Source: Vicugna vicugna (Eukaryota). From it: a stretch of DNA of 64,000 nucleotides. Both the position numbers and the translations under genes were made by a program. The notes under the pieces were generated by a model. That model was not told where the DNA came from. It made no database searches and saw nothing but the letters and a program-made list of their open reading frames with translations. Of this stretch, positions 48,251 through 59,535 are shown one piece after another. Position 1 is the stretch's first letter, and each line of letters starts with the position of its first letter. Location: positions 1,490,001 to 1,554,000 of the forward strand of contig MU061538.1 in NCBI GenBank assembly GCA_013265495.1, written 5' to 3'.

Positions 48251-51200
48251 GGAAGGATGATACAAGTTTGCTAATAATAGCAAACTCCAGCTCCCGAGTG
48301 CCGGCGTCGAACGAGGGACCCTCCGGGCACAGTGCTCACGCCCTGGCATCGTTTAGTCCTCATGGCGACCGGAGAGTTACGCGCCAGCATTCTCTCGTCT
48401 CCCAGATAAGGACACAGGGCGGCCTCGGGACACTGGCCAGTCCAGCAGTCTTGCGTAAAACAAGGATGCTGACGGGCGGAGATACAAGTGGTGTACTGGG
48501 GGAAACGACCTGGTGACGGGGCCGAAGAACGTGGACGCTGGGTCTGACTTCCGGCCGAGTCTTCCCCTTTCTCCAGGATCCTCGTCTGTCTGCCCAGAAG
48601 ACCGCCACCGTCCGCCTGGCACGTTCAGATGAAGTCCGACCTGGAAATAGTTCTAACAAGGTAGAGCTTCAGAATCGTTCAGACCTTCTCACCTTCTCAG
48701 TCTATTAAAAAACAAAAACCAAACAAACAAAACCCTGTCTCTCAGGTGACTGAGCCGGCTGGACCTCCAGTGCCAGGTGAGCCGGCTGTGAATGCTCCCC
48801 CTGGCCTGCCCTCTTGACGTGTCCTCAGTGCGCCCCACGTTCTGTGTTGTCCATTCCCCCTCCTTGTCCCGGGAAGGCCTCTCTGCGATTACAGAGGCTC
48901 CCTGGCTTTAGGGACGCGCGGTGCCCTTATGATCCATTAGCGCCTCGTCTTGGAGTAATTCGTCAACTCACGTGCTGTGCTTCCCCTGGCAGTCCCCCCA
49001 GGGCGTAGGTGTGACGGAATCGCTAGCGTGAGGCCCTCCGAGAAGCTCCAAAGTAGAGCCTACAGGGTGATGCCGAAGGGGAGTCGGGGTCCTGGCAGGA
49101 CGCAGGGGGGCGACGAGTTACTGCGGCGCCAGCGCTGGTCCTGCTGCTGCCAGTGGTCCTGCTGGCGGTGCTCGTTCTGGTAATGTCTGTGCTGGTGGCG
49201 GTGCTGGTGCTGGTCCCCGATTCCCCTCACCGCCACTGGAAGCAGTACTCTTGGCCCCAGTCACAGGTGGGGAGTAAGGCTTAGCCAGGCAGGGCTGGTG
49301 TCAAAGCCTAAAGCCAGGAAGTGGCCGACTGGCCTGGACCTGAGTCTGCATCGCCCCAGAGCCCTTTCTAAGGGCAGAGGCACTCCCTCCCCACCCCTAC
49401 CCCCCCGCGGAGGGCTGGGGACCAGGGTGGAGAGGTAGAGGTAGCCTTGAAGATGGTCTGTCCGGAAGGAGCTCTTGGCAGAGCCACGGCGATCCCGTGC
49501 GCCCGCTCCCTTGGTCGGCTCCGCGCCCCGTTGCGCCTGCCAGGCCGCTTCCTCCTCGTGGGCTCCTCTGCCCGGCTGTGGGAGGAGGTGATACTATCTA
49601 CCCAGAGGGCACGCTGCAGCTCCTGTGCCGTTGCACATAAACTGATGAAAAACCCGCGGAGTTCAAAGGCTCCAGAGCTGTGTAATTACCCTTTTAGCAA
49701 GACACTTTTCAGAAGGCCCGAATTAGCTTTCTCTGAAATGCATATTTCTTCTCAGATGTGCGCGTTCTGTATGGCAGGGAGCTGGGAGTTGGCGCTCCCT
49801 CTGCTAGCAAACACAAGGCCCCGAAGGGGTTCTGTAAGCTGGCTGGAATCTTATGGAAAATTGGCAGCAGAGGCGGGGCTCTCTGGTTCCGGTAGGTGCA
49901 CCCCACTCGGAAGTGTAGAATCTGCTTTCAGAGCCCAGTGCCCAGAGTTTAAACACGACGTGTAACCCAAGCTCCCCATGGGACCTGGGACCCATCCTTT
50001 TGTGCCTTTGGCCCCTTCCCCACCACACACACAGTTTTAATCATGGAAGCAGAGTTGCTGAGAATCTTTTGAAGAAGTTGATTCACCATCGAGAATGGTT
50101 GCCTGAGCTTGGCTTCTCCCTTGAACAAGCGTCACGGAGAGGTGTGGGCGAGGGGACGAAGGCACAGGACAGAATGACCCAGGGCAGAGCCGCCTGGCAG
50201 GTTTCCCCACCATAGACATTGGGTGCTCCACACTACACACTTCCTGAAGGTTCTAGATCCTGGTTTTTTGTGTGTAAACTCACTCCTTTCTTCCTCTGCC
50301 CTCTCTGGGGGCAGGGAACGAGGACGCAGGGAAGTAAGGAAGGTGACCACATTCCTGGAGCAGGACAGGCAGAGCCCCAGTGGAGGAAACCGTGGTGAAG
50401 AGTCACGGGCTCGGGGCGGTGGCGATGTGTTTCCAGGTCAGGGTTCGTCTTGTCCATCTCGTCTTCACCCAGACCCCCAGCCAGCACCTCCAGGTGTAAG
50501 TCAAACAGCTGAGCCTCCGCCAGGCCCACACCGGGCGGATGACGGGTGGGGTAGTGACTCCCGCTTCCCTGGGAGCACCGGCTCTTTGCACAGCCCGCAG
50601 GGGAAGAGGGGCCCGCGCTGCCCGTCCCCGCTCCGCCGCCCACCAGCCAGCTGTCCCTCCAGCTCCCCTGGCCTCCCGTGCCAGACCGCGTGGGCCTGGG
50701 AGGCTCCCCCTGAGGGTGCAGAACGCAGCCACCCTGCAGGCCCCAGGGTTCGAGGAGGCAGGGGTGAGCGTGGATTGAGGTACTGGTGAATGTGTTCTTG
50801 CTGCTGGGATGAGAGAGGTTCCAGAAGGAAATGCCATTCCAAGTGGGACTCACAGAGGAATTGGAGTTTTCCAGGCAGACGAAACTGGATCTGTCCCAGG
50901 CAGAAGCACCCGGTGCTGACCGTCCTCTGTGCTCTGAGCTGTTGGGCTTCTTGGGGACACAGGGGTGTCACAGGCAGGCTGTCCTCAGGTCAGGGTCTCA
51001 GGAACAGCAGCCTGGGATGGTAAGTTAGGTGTGAGGACAAGAGAGACAGATGGGTGGAGAAAACCCAGAGCCAGCGTGAGGCCTGCACCCCGGGAGGCCA
51101 CCGCGTCCTGGGAGCTCGGGGCGGGGAGAACACAGCGCAGGTGGGGCTGTTGCAGGAAGACTGAGGGGAGAAGAGCCTGACCCAGAGGATGGATGAGGTG

Positions 51201-51313
51201 CAGCTGGAGAGACACGGCGAGGCCCTGCAGATGGACGCCCGGACACGGTGTCTGCAGTCCGCAGGGATGAGGCTGGGATTCCGCTGTGTTTGTGTAAAGA
51301 AGCCAGGGCAGCA

Positions 51314-51447
51314 GGGGAGGGTGTAGCTCGGTGGTAGAGCACGTGCTTAGCATGCACGAGGTCCTGGGTTCAGTCCTCAGCACCTCCTCTAAGAATAAAT
51401 AAATAAATAAACCTAATTACCTCCCCCCACCAAAAAAAAAAAAAAAA
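51314..51447 (+). mobile_element. tRNA-Ala-derived SINE (camelid vic-1-like)
   Basis: GGGGAGGGTGTAGCTCGGTGGTAGAGCACGTGCTTAGCATGCACGAGGTCCTGGGTTCAGTCCTCAGCACCTCC resembles mammalian tRNA-Ala(AGC) with A and B boxes. It is followed by (TAAA)n, CCTAATTACCTCCCCCC and a poly-A tail. Confidence 0.92.
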
Positions 51448-51789
51448 GCAGCAGCAGCAAGGAGGGGCAAGTCGGATCCAGGAGGGAGCAGCCTTCAGAG
51501 CTCGAGGGAAACTCAGCTTTAAAACTCTGCTGGCTGAGGCCCAGGAAGGCCCCTTGCTGAAGCCTGGGTCCAGGCGGGCGGAACCCAGGCGCTTTCTCCC
51601 CCGGCCTGCTGCCCTTCGGGCTGGGTTAGAGAAGCCCGGGTAGGGGCTTGAGGCCTCTGACGTCTATCAGGACCCGTTACAGCTTGTTGACTCTCTTCTG
51701 TGTGTCTGCCCTGAGCGAAGCCCTCCAGGGGCAAGATGGGCACCCAGGATCGTCGTGGTAACAGCCGGAGTCGTGAGCACTTCGGATGC

Positions 51790-51940
51790 ACCTGGCACCG
51801 TTCCAGGCATTTTTCATGCATTAACTCCCAGTTTACAGGTGGCAAAACTGAGGCACAGAGAGGCCAAGGGCTCTCCCATGGCCACTCATCCAAAGGCGAT
51901 GGAGCCAGGGTTCCGGCTCAGGCCACCCGCGTGTGGAGTT
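51790..51940 (-). mobile_element. MIR SINE fragment
   Basis: CCCAGTTTACAGGTGGCAAAACTGAGGCACAGAGAGG is the antisense MIR core. Confidence 0.8.
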
Positions 51941-52559
51941 TGTGTCCTTCACTGGTACGTTCTGGCCTCTGTGGGGTGTCTTTTTATACCACATGGTACT
52001 CCAGGGTGTGATTTGTGCTCATTACCGCTCACCCACCCCGCCTCCCGCGATGGCCGTTACTACCCGGGCGTCACGAGCCGCGCGGAGCAGGCTGAGTCCC
52101 CGGGCTGAGCTGCCCGACTACGGACAGAAAGAGCCGCAGGACTGGGCCGCGCCTCACTGACCCCGGGCCCAGGGCCTGCTGCCCCGGGGCGTCTCCGGGA
52201 CACATCGTGGGGCCTGCTGCCGGCCTCCAGCTGGGGGTAGGACGCTGGAAGTCACGTCGTGGAAGTGCTGAGCCACCCGCGTGATGCCGGGGCGATGCAG
52301 CCCTGCCCCCCGTGCAGATCTCTGATGAGGACCAGGAGGCTAGGCGGCGAGCGTCCACCCCCTGGCCTGAGGCCTGGGCCAGAGCTGCGCAGATCACAGG
52401 AGGAGGCCCTCTGACTTGTGATTATTATTACCATTACGGGTGTGACGATCGTCTCTGCGAGCAGCAGCCGGAGCTGTGATGGCAGATCGGCCGGTGCGCC
52501 TGACACGTTGCTTGCTCAGCCTCCTATTGTCTCAGGGTATCAGAGTGCCTTGCAAATGT

Positions 52560-52630
52560 TATCTAAGCCCTGGGAGATAAGTAGCATGATGTTCACGTCA
52601 GGAAGGGGAAACTGAGGTAGTGTGAGGCCA
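52560..52630 (-). mobile_element. MIR SINE fragment
   Basis: GGGGAAACTGAGG core preceded by CCCTGGGAGATAAGTA. Confidence 0.5.
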
Positions 52631-54100
52631 GGTGCTTCGGGATGGACCCCTGCTGGAGGCAAAAACCAAATGAAGAGGTGATATTTACCCCCAAACACTT
52701 ATTTCCTTCAAAAGTGTCTGGCTCGGGATATTTGTATTAAATTCCTGTAGGCAACTATTTTGTGTCTACAGCTGTACCTACTAGGTTACGGGAGGTATCT
52801 GAAGTAAATGTGCAGATTTACACTTCTGGTCTTCGAATTGAGGGAGAAATGAGTATGCGTCTAGTGGAGATAACACATGAGCTATCTGGTCAGTTATCAA
52901 GGATGTTGTCAAAAAGAGACAATACGTCTGCTGTGGAAGGACAGAGGGACGGTCCCTTGGGACAAGGCAGGATGTGGGTCAGGAGGAGGGTGGAGGGGAG
53001 GGAGCGCTCCAGGTAAAGGACAGAGTCGCCTGGCCCACGGCGACTCGCGGGAGACAGGCTTGCCCCGGGGCTGATGGGCACAGGTGCTGTCAGACCAGAA
53101 GTTCTCCACTCTGAGCCATGACACGTGATGCCACAGGTCCTGGACCACGGTGTTACCTGGGTGCCCAGAGATGCGCGTCAGGATGGAGGCCGTGAGCTGG
53201 GGGCAGTGGGTGTGGCCGGCGTGGCCGGCGTGGCAGCGGCCCCCGAGTGGGAGGCCACTGCAGATTTAGTGCCGCCCGGGAGGGCGTCTGCTGTGTGAGT
53301 TCACCCGCGCCTACAACTGCAGACGCCGCCGACGGTGTCAGTAGCCCTCGCTGGGGACAGAGCTTTCCTTGCAAACAGCTGCGGTGGTTACCGCTGACTT
53401 TTAATACCACACGTGTCAGCTTCAGGTGAGCGTGTTTGTATTATGTATTCTTTATGAAGCGCTTTATTTACACGGACGTGAACTTGGAGGAGCCCCAGTG
53501 AGATTCAGCTGCGGGCGCGCATGGAGAGGGCCGTTTGTCATGGTTCAGCATCGTTTGAGTTCACTCGGGGGAAGGTCCGCGTCTCCAAATTCTGTATTTA
53601 AGTCGCAGATTCAAACCACACAGTCGACAGGAGGATGGCCCAGAACTCGAGTCTCTGTGTTTCCGTGTCACCACCTGGAGCTTTTAGTTTCTATTTAAAA
53701 CGTTAAACAGTGAAGCGGACTGCAAACCGGCGGGCTGTCACATTTTTGTTGGTCAGGCCCGCGTTTTCTTTCCTCCTCACTGAATCTGAACAGTGCTCTT
53801 AAAAGTGAAAAGTACTCTTTTAAGAATGTTGCTCACTTGACTCCTAGAACAAATCAAGAAAATCATCACTGCTGCTGGTTGATTATTTCTGAGAATAACG
53901 TGTTGTGAAGAGGAGGGAGGTGGCAGAAACGATCCACAGTGCGGGGCGGGGGGTGGTCACAACGCACGAAATGTCCCCGGGTGGGTGGAGAGAGGGACAG
54001 AAGAGGAGGCGGGGCAGGACGTGGCATTAATCGGGGGTGGGGAGTGCCGAGAGCAAGTTCAAGGCGACGAGGGTGGACCAAGCGCAGTCTGAGTTGCCTT

Positions 54101-54202
54101 GGGGGGAGGGTAGAGCTCGGTGGTAGAGCGCGTGCTTAGCACGCACGAGGTCCTGGCCTCGATCCCCAGTCCCTCCAGTAAATAAACAAATAAATAAATA
54201 AT
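54101..54202 (+). mobile_element. tRNA-Ala-derived SINE (camelid vic-1-like)
   Basis: GGGGAGGGTAGAGCTCGGTGGTAGAGCGCGTGCTTAGCACGCACGAGGTCCTGGCCTCGATCCCCAG followed by (TAAA)n. Confidence 0.9.
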
Positions 54203-57200
54203 TTGCTTTACTGAGATGAGACATCAGAGGCTGCAAAGTAGAGGGAAAAAATTTTTTGTGCTCCCTTACCTCCATACAGTCCAGAAATTATATTCTGAAA
54301 TTTATCGTTCCATTACTTTTCTTGCTCTTTCACGAGCCTCTGTCTCCAAAAATACGACCCCTGCTACCGAAGTTGCATTGTCAAATTTCCTTGTATTTCC
54401 CCACGGTGCCGCGGACGGTGCTGGGCACGACGGACTGGCATCCTTCAACTCGTTTCCATGGAGAATTCTCGGCTGTTTCTTCTCAAGGCCCTGCCTCCTT
54501 CCTGGAGAGACCCTCCTCAGTTCACACCAGGGACTCGGTGGGACTGCATCCAGCAGCCCCTTCCTTGGGTGTGCCAGGCCTGGCTGTGGGCTCGCTGTGC
54601 TGATACGCTGGAGCGTGTGAAGGGAGAGGGCCCGGCCCCGCCAGGAGCGACTGATGGTCTCGGGAAGGGAGTCACAGACACCAGCAGCCCGGGCCGAGCG
54701 AAGGGCAAGGTCAGTGTCAAAATGTACTTCTCAGACTGTGAGTCCGGAAAGTGTCCTGAAGGGGGTGAGCTCCCGGATGGGGCTTGAAGAGAGAGTTGGG
54801 TCAGGAAAGGCACAGAGGATGGGGTGGGGCTGGGTGGACCCATGGGTGGGGATGTCATGTCCTCTCAAAGAGTCAGGCATCAAAAGTTGATCCCCCAGAG
54901 CCCCAGCCCCGTCGTTCACATAAGTGACACTCGCTCAGTCTGGTCCTTATGAAGATGCGCAGGAAGACCTGAAGTGCTCGGAAGCCTGAGAAACGGGACC
55001 CAGTCGGGGGGTGTCTGTAGGCAGGACACGGTGCACCATCTGGGGAGGTCATCGTGGAGCCTCCAGCTCTGCCCACACACCACTCGGAGATAGGAGGGTT
55101 CTGGTCTTGTTCTTATGAAGTTCTCGGTCATGTGCATACTTGGGGTCAGGGATGGGGCAATGTGGGGTCTGCGCTGGAGGACCCGGGGCGGAAGCCGGGA
55201 TGGTGGCCAGGCGGGATCTCCCTGCTCCCCCGGGTCGTCCAGATCGCACTGTGGGGTGGGGTGTCCCTGAAGGAGCTTGAGACCGAGTCCTGGAGGTGCT
55301 GGCCCTTCCTTCGGGGAAGAGCACAGTTTCACAGGGTGATTTTGGCTTTTTCACTTAGCAAGCACAGAAATCCCACAGTCTCAGGCAGAACTGGGCTGTG
55401 CGTTCATTTAGCTGCTGCCGTGTCCTCAGCCCTGCCGGCCCACACCCCTCCGTCCCCGCTGTCTGCTCTCCCTCCGGGCAGGCTCCCGCATCCAGGTGTG
55501 GGCACCCCGATCAGCTCATCGCCGGCCACCAGGGCCTTCTCCCTTGTAAAGGAACTCCTTGGCCATCAAAGGGAGTCCATGACCCGAGGAAGGGTGGGAC
55601 GAGGGTGAACTGAGAGCCGGAGGGGCTGGTATCCTGGGGGGAGGGGGCTTTCCTCATGGCCCCCGGTTGTGCACACATGGGCACGTGCCCAGACACACAA
55701 ACACACGCACACACACAGGCAGCCCTCCACTCAGCCTGCCACCCCGGGAGTCTCAGCAAACGGCCCATCCGGAGCCGGGGCGCCGCCGCTCTCTCCGCAC
55801 ACCTGGTGAGAGCCGCAGCCTCCCGCGGCATGTCTGTCGGAGCCCAGACAGCGGAGGCTGTGCCAGCAGGTCCTGGAGAGTGAGGCCTCCTGGCTCACCG
55901 TCCTCCTGAGCTCCCCAGCCGAGGGCAGAGCAGGGCGGCCAGCTGGTCCCCTCAGCTGGCTTGCCGATAGCATCTCCCGTGCTCGCGTTTCCACGTTAAT
56001 AAGCGGTTGCTGCAGGTAGGCAGCAGCAGCCAAGTGGTTTGGACGGCGTATTTCAAAGCCAGATGCCGTGTTGTTGCTTGGGGTTGTTTGAGGAGGATCA
56101 AAACAGCCCCATCACGGCAATCCTGGTCTTACCCAGTGATCAGATAGCAGCAGACCCAGGAATCCCAAGAGCAGCCGGGTGCAGAGGCTGCTCCCTGCAG
56201 CCGGCGAGGCCAGGGTGACAGGAGACCCGGCGAGGCCGGGCGGAGACCAGCGTCCCCCTTGCCCGGGGCTCTGCTTCCGACCGCAACGCCGCGGGACGCC
56301 CAGGCCAGAGTGTGGCCGCCGACTGCCCCCACGGAGATGAGGGTAGAGACGTTGCCAAAAGGATCCTGTGGTTCCAGCGCGAGGCTGAACGGACGTTGTC
56401 CTCCCAGGCCACGGGGGCTGGGCTGGGCTTCATCTACCCACGGGGGCCGCACGCCTGGGGTCCGTCTGGAAGGCGGAGCTGGTCGGAGTGGAGGTGGTTC
56501 TGCCTCTTGTAGCATCTGATGACATGGCTTGCATGCAGTTGGACCCTCGTCCTCCAGACGGAGGAGCATAACGTCAGAGGCCATCAGACTGCCCCCCCCT
56601 TCCTTCAGCAGGTGACGTCTAAGGCACCGTCAGCATCTCCGCTTGCAGTACTGATAATGGCCACAAGGCACAATGACATTTGCACATAAATTTTATAGAT
56701 TGAATGAATTGTATAGAATGTACATTTAAGTTTTCAGAGCCCTTTCCTTAAAGATCTCTAGGAAGCAGGGCTCCACGGTGAGCACTGGAAGCTGGGGCAG
56801 GAGTGTGCTTGAGCTGCGGGGGAGCTCCAGGCCCCAGGCCACGGGGAGGGGGCTGTCTTGCCCAGGGGCCCCCACTGAGGACTCCGGCTGGAAGCCCAGG
56901 GCCCTGATCCCTGCCGGCTGAGCCGGAGCTAAGTGTCAAAGTCGGTCGTGGGCCAGCTGTGAGAGCCCCTCGCCCTTCTCCTGGCCCATCTAGGACACTC
57001 CCCAACTGTCACCACGGCCACCACCGTGAGCTTTCAGACGGACCGGAGTCCCGCAGTGCCTCCTGCACCCTCAGCAGCAGTCCCGCCCCAGCCCTCGCTT
57101 CTCAAAGCCACCAGCTCCTGGCGGTGACCATGCGAACTAACCTCCTAGGAAGGGAGCAGCTCGCCGCCTGGCTGGGACGCTGGACCAGCGGTGTCCGTGG

Positions 57201-58475
57201 GCACGGGCATCCTTCCTGACAGGACCACCGCCTCCGCCTCCTCCCCTGGCCCGTGTGCCCGGAGCAGGCTGCCCCAGGGCTGCCTCCTCCCGGGGTGCCT
57301 GTGTAGCCAGAGGCCGTTGCCCTGTCCCTGACGTCCCTCTCAGCTTTGCCGACTTCCCTCCTCAACTGACGCAGAGGCCAGGTGCTCGTGTGCCGCGTTC
57401 GTGTCGTCACGCCCCGCCCAGCGGTGTTTGCTCTGAGGCCCAGGGCCCAGCGCCTGCTGGTCGGGCAGGTGGGCAGGTGGGCAGGCCACGGCGGCCAGGA
57501 CAAGCCCTGTCCCCGTCCTCACACGCCAAAGCGGGGCGTGTCCCCGCTCACCCCCATTTCCCCGTTGCTCCTGGTGTATTTGCCACCCCCATGTATATTT
57601 GAGACCCCGGTGGACAGAGGCGCCCAGGGCAGGCACGCCTCGTTCTGGAGCTGCAGCCTTCCTGCAGAGCGCCGAGCGGCCCAGCCCCACGGCACCGGAA
57701 GGTCCGCCAGGCCAAGGCCCTGCACATCTTCAGACCGAAAACATTCCCCGGCGGGGAGCCCCTGCGGCCACAACCAGCCAACGAAGAGCTGAAACAAGCT
57801 TCTCAGACCTGCCTGGTGGGAGCACGGGCCCCCGGGCACTGGGGGTGGGGAGGCACGAGGAGAGAGTCCAGGTGCAGGGTGGCCCAGGGTGAGGGGCTCC
57901 GCCTGAGAAGGAGCCAGGTGGGCCGCAGCGGGTCCCTGGCCGACAGCAGTGCGGAGGGGCAGGGAGGAGAGAGCCCCCCCCCAGGGCGCCCCCGGCCTGG
58001 AGCTCGGGGCTGAGAGCTTCACAGGGAGCCCACATTAAGCATGCATTAGAGTTCCTGCTCTCAAGAAATCAGTTGATTTCCCTTCTGTTTGAGTCAATCA
58101 GAGACACCCACAAATGGCAGTCTGCAAGCCGGCCTGGCTCCCTGCCCAGCAGTCACTCATCTGCCTCCTGATCCACAGCCGCTCACCGCCTGTGCTCGAG
58201 TGCGCGGCTCTGGCCCTGAGAGCCGTGTTTATCTCGCACACACTCCCTCCAGCGTGCCTCCGCCGGGCTGCGGGCCACACTCGCTGGTGCTGCTGGTCCC
58301 CACACCCATCCTTTACTGCCTGTCCATCCAGGGAGGTGCCAGTCTGAGGGCAGAATTGGGAAGGCAGTGGGGTAACCTCCCTTCTCTCTCCATGGGCTGC
58401 TGATCACAGCTCTTTCCACGGCGAGGGCCTGGGGCACAGCCCTGCTCAGTTCCACACTATCCAGTCCAACAACTG

Positions 58476-59226
58476 CACACCTGTACTGTCTACACCCGCA
58501 CTGTCCACACCCGCACTGCCCACACCTGCAGTGGGTCCACACCTGCCCTGCCCACACCCACACGGTACGTACCTGCACTGCCCACACTTGCAGTGGGGTC
58601 ACACCTACACCACCCACACCCGCACTGCCCACACCTGCAGTGGGGCCACACCTGCACCACCCACACCGCCCACACCTGCAGTGGGTCCACACCTGCACTG
58701 CCTACACCCGCACAGTCCACACCCGCACTGCCCACACCTGCAGTGGGGCCACACCTGCCCTGCCCACACCCACACGGTACGTACCTGCACCGCCCACACC
58801 TGCACTGTCCACACCCACACCGCCCACACCTGCAGTGGGGCCACACCTGCCCTGCCCACACCCACACGGTACGTACCTGCACTGCCCACACTTGCAGTGG
58901 GGTCACACCTACACCACCCACACCTGTACTGTCCACACCTGCCCTGCCCACACCCACACGGTACGTACCTGCACTGCCCACACCTGCAGTGGGGCCACAC
59001 CTGCCCTGCCCACACCCGCACAGTCCACACCTGCACCTGGAATTACTCTGGAGGAGCTTACAGTTTTATTCAGAACACCTGCAGTGGGTCCACACCTGCA
59101 CCACCCACACCGCCCACACCTGCAGTGGGTCCACACCTGCCCTGCCTACACCTGCACAGTCCACACCTGCACTGTCCACACCTGCACCTGGAATTACTCT
59201 GGAAGAGCTTACAGTTTTATTCAGAA
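58476..59226. repeat. Complex CA-rich minisatellite built from CCACACCTGCA-type subunits
   Basis: About 750 bp of variants of CCCACACCTGCACTG and CACACCTGCAGTGGGG. It explains the overlapping repetitive ORFs in nearly all frames. Confidence 0.95.
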
Positions 59227-59281
59227 TATTAAAGTTTCACCTGTAGATCCTGACTCTTGGAGTTCTTTATAATTCCTGTAC

Positions 59282-59535
59282 TGAGAATGGTTTTTATATT
59301 TTTAAATGGTTGAAAAAAATCAAATGAAGGGAAATACTTCATGACACATAAAAATTATATGAAACTCAATTATCAGGGTCTATAAGTAAAGTTTAACTGT
59401 GACAGAGCCCTGAGTGTACCCTAGTGAGTGTGTCTGGCTGCTTGGCCGGACGGTGGCAGAATCGAGTGGCTGTGACGGAGACCACAGGTCCACGAGCTCA
59501 AAATACTTCAGTGTCCTTTACAAACAAGGCCCCTG
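59282..59535. mobile_element. MER58B-like hAT-Charlie DNA transposon
   Basis: AGAATGGTTTTTATATTTTTAAATGGTTGAAAAAAATCAAA...AAAATTATATGAAA...GGCAGAATCGAGTGGCTGTGACGGAGACC...CCTTTACA...CCCCTG follows the recalled MER58B consensus. Confidence 0.85.

Noticed and set aside
51314..51390. tRNA-Ala gene (also 54101 and 35550)
   Set aside because: Extra 5' bases, stem and B-box mismatches, a (TAAA)n or poly-A tail and dispersed diverged copies indicate SINEs.
58183..59272. His/Cys/Pro-rich repetitive ORFs resembling metal-binding or keratin-associated proteins
   Set aside because: Open in almost all frames on both strands simply because the minisatellite lacks stop codons.
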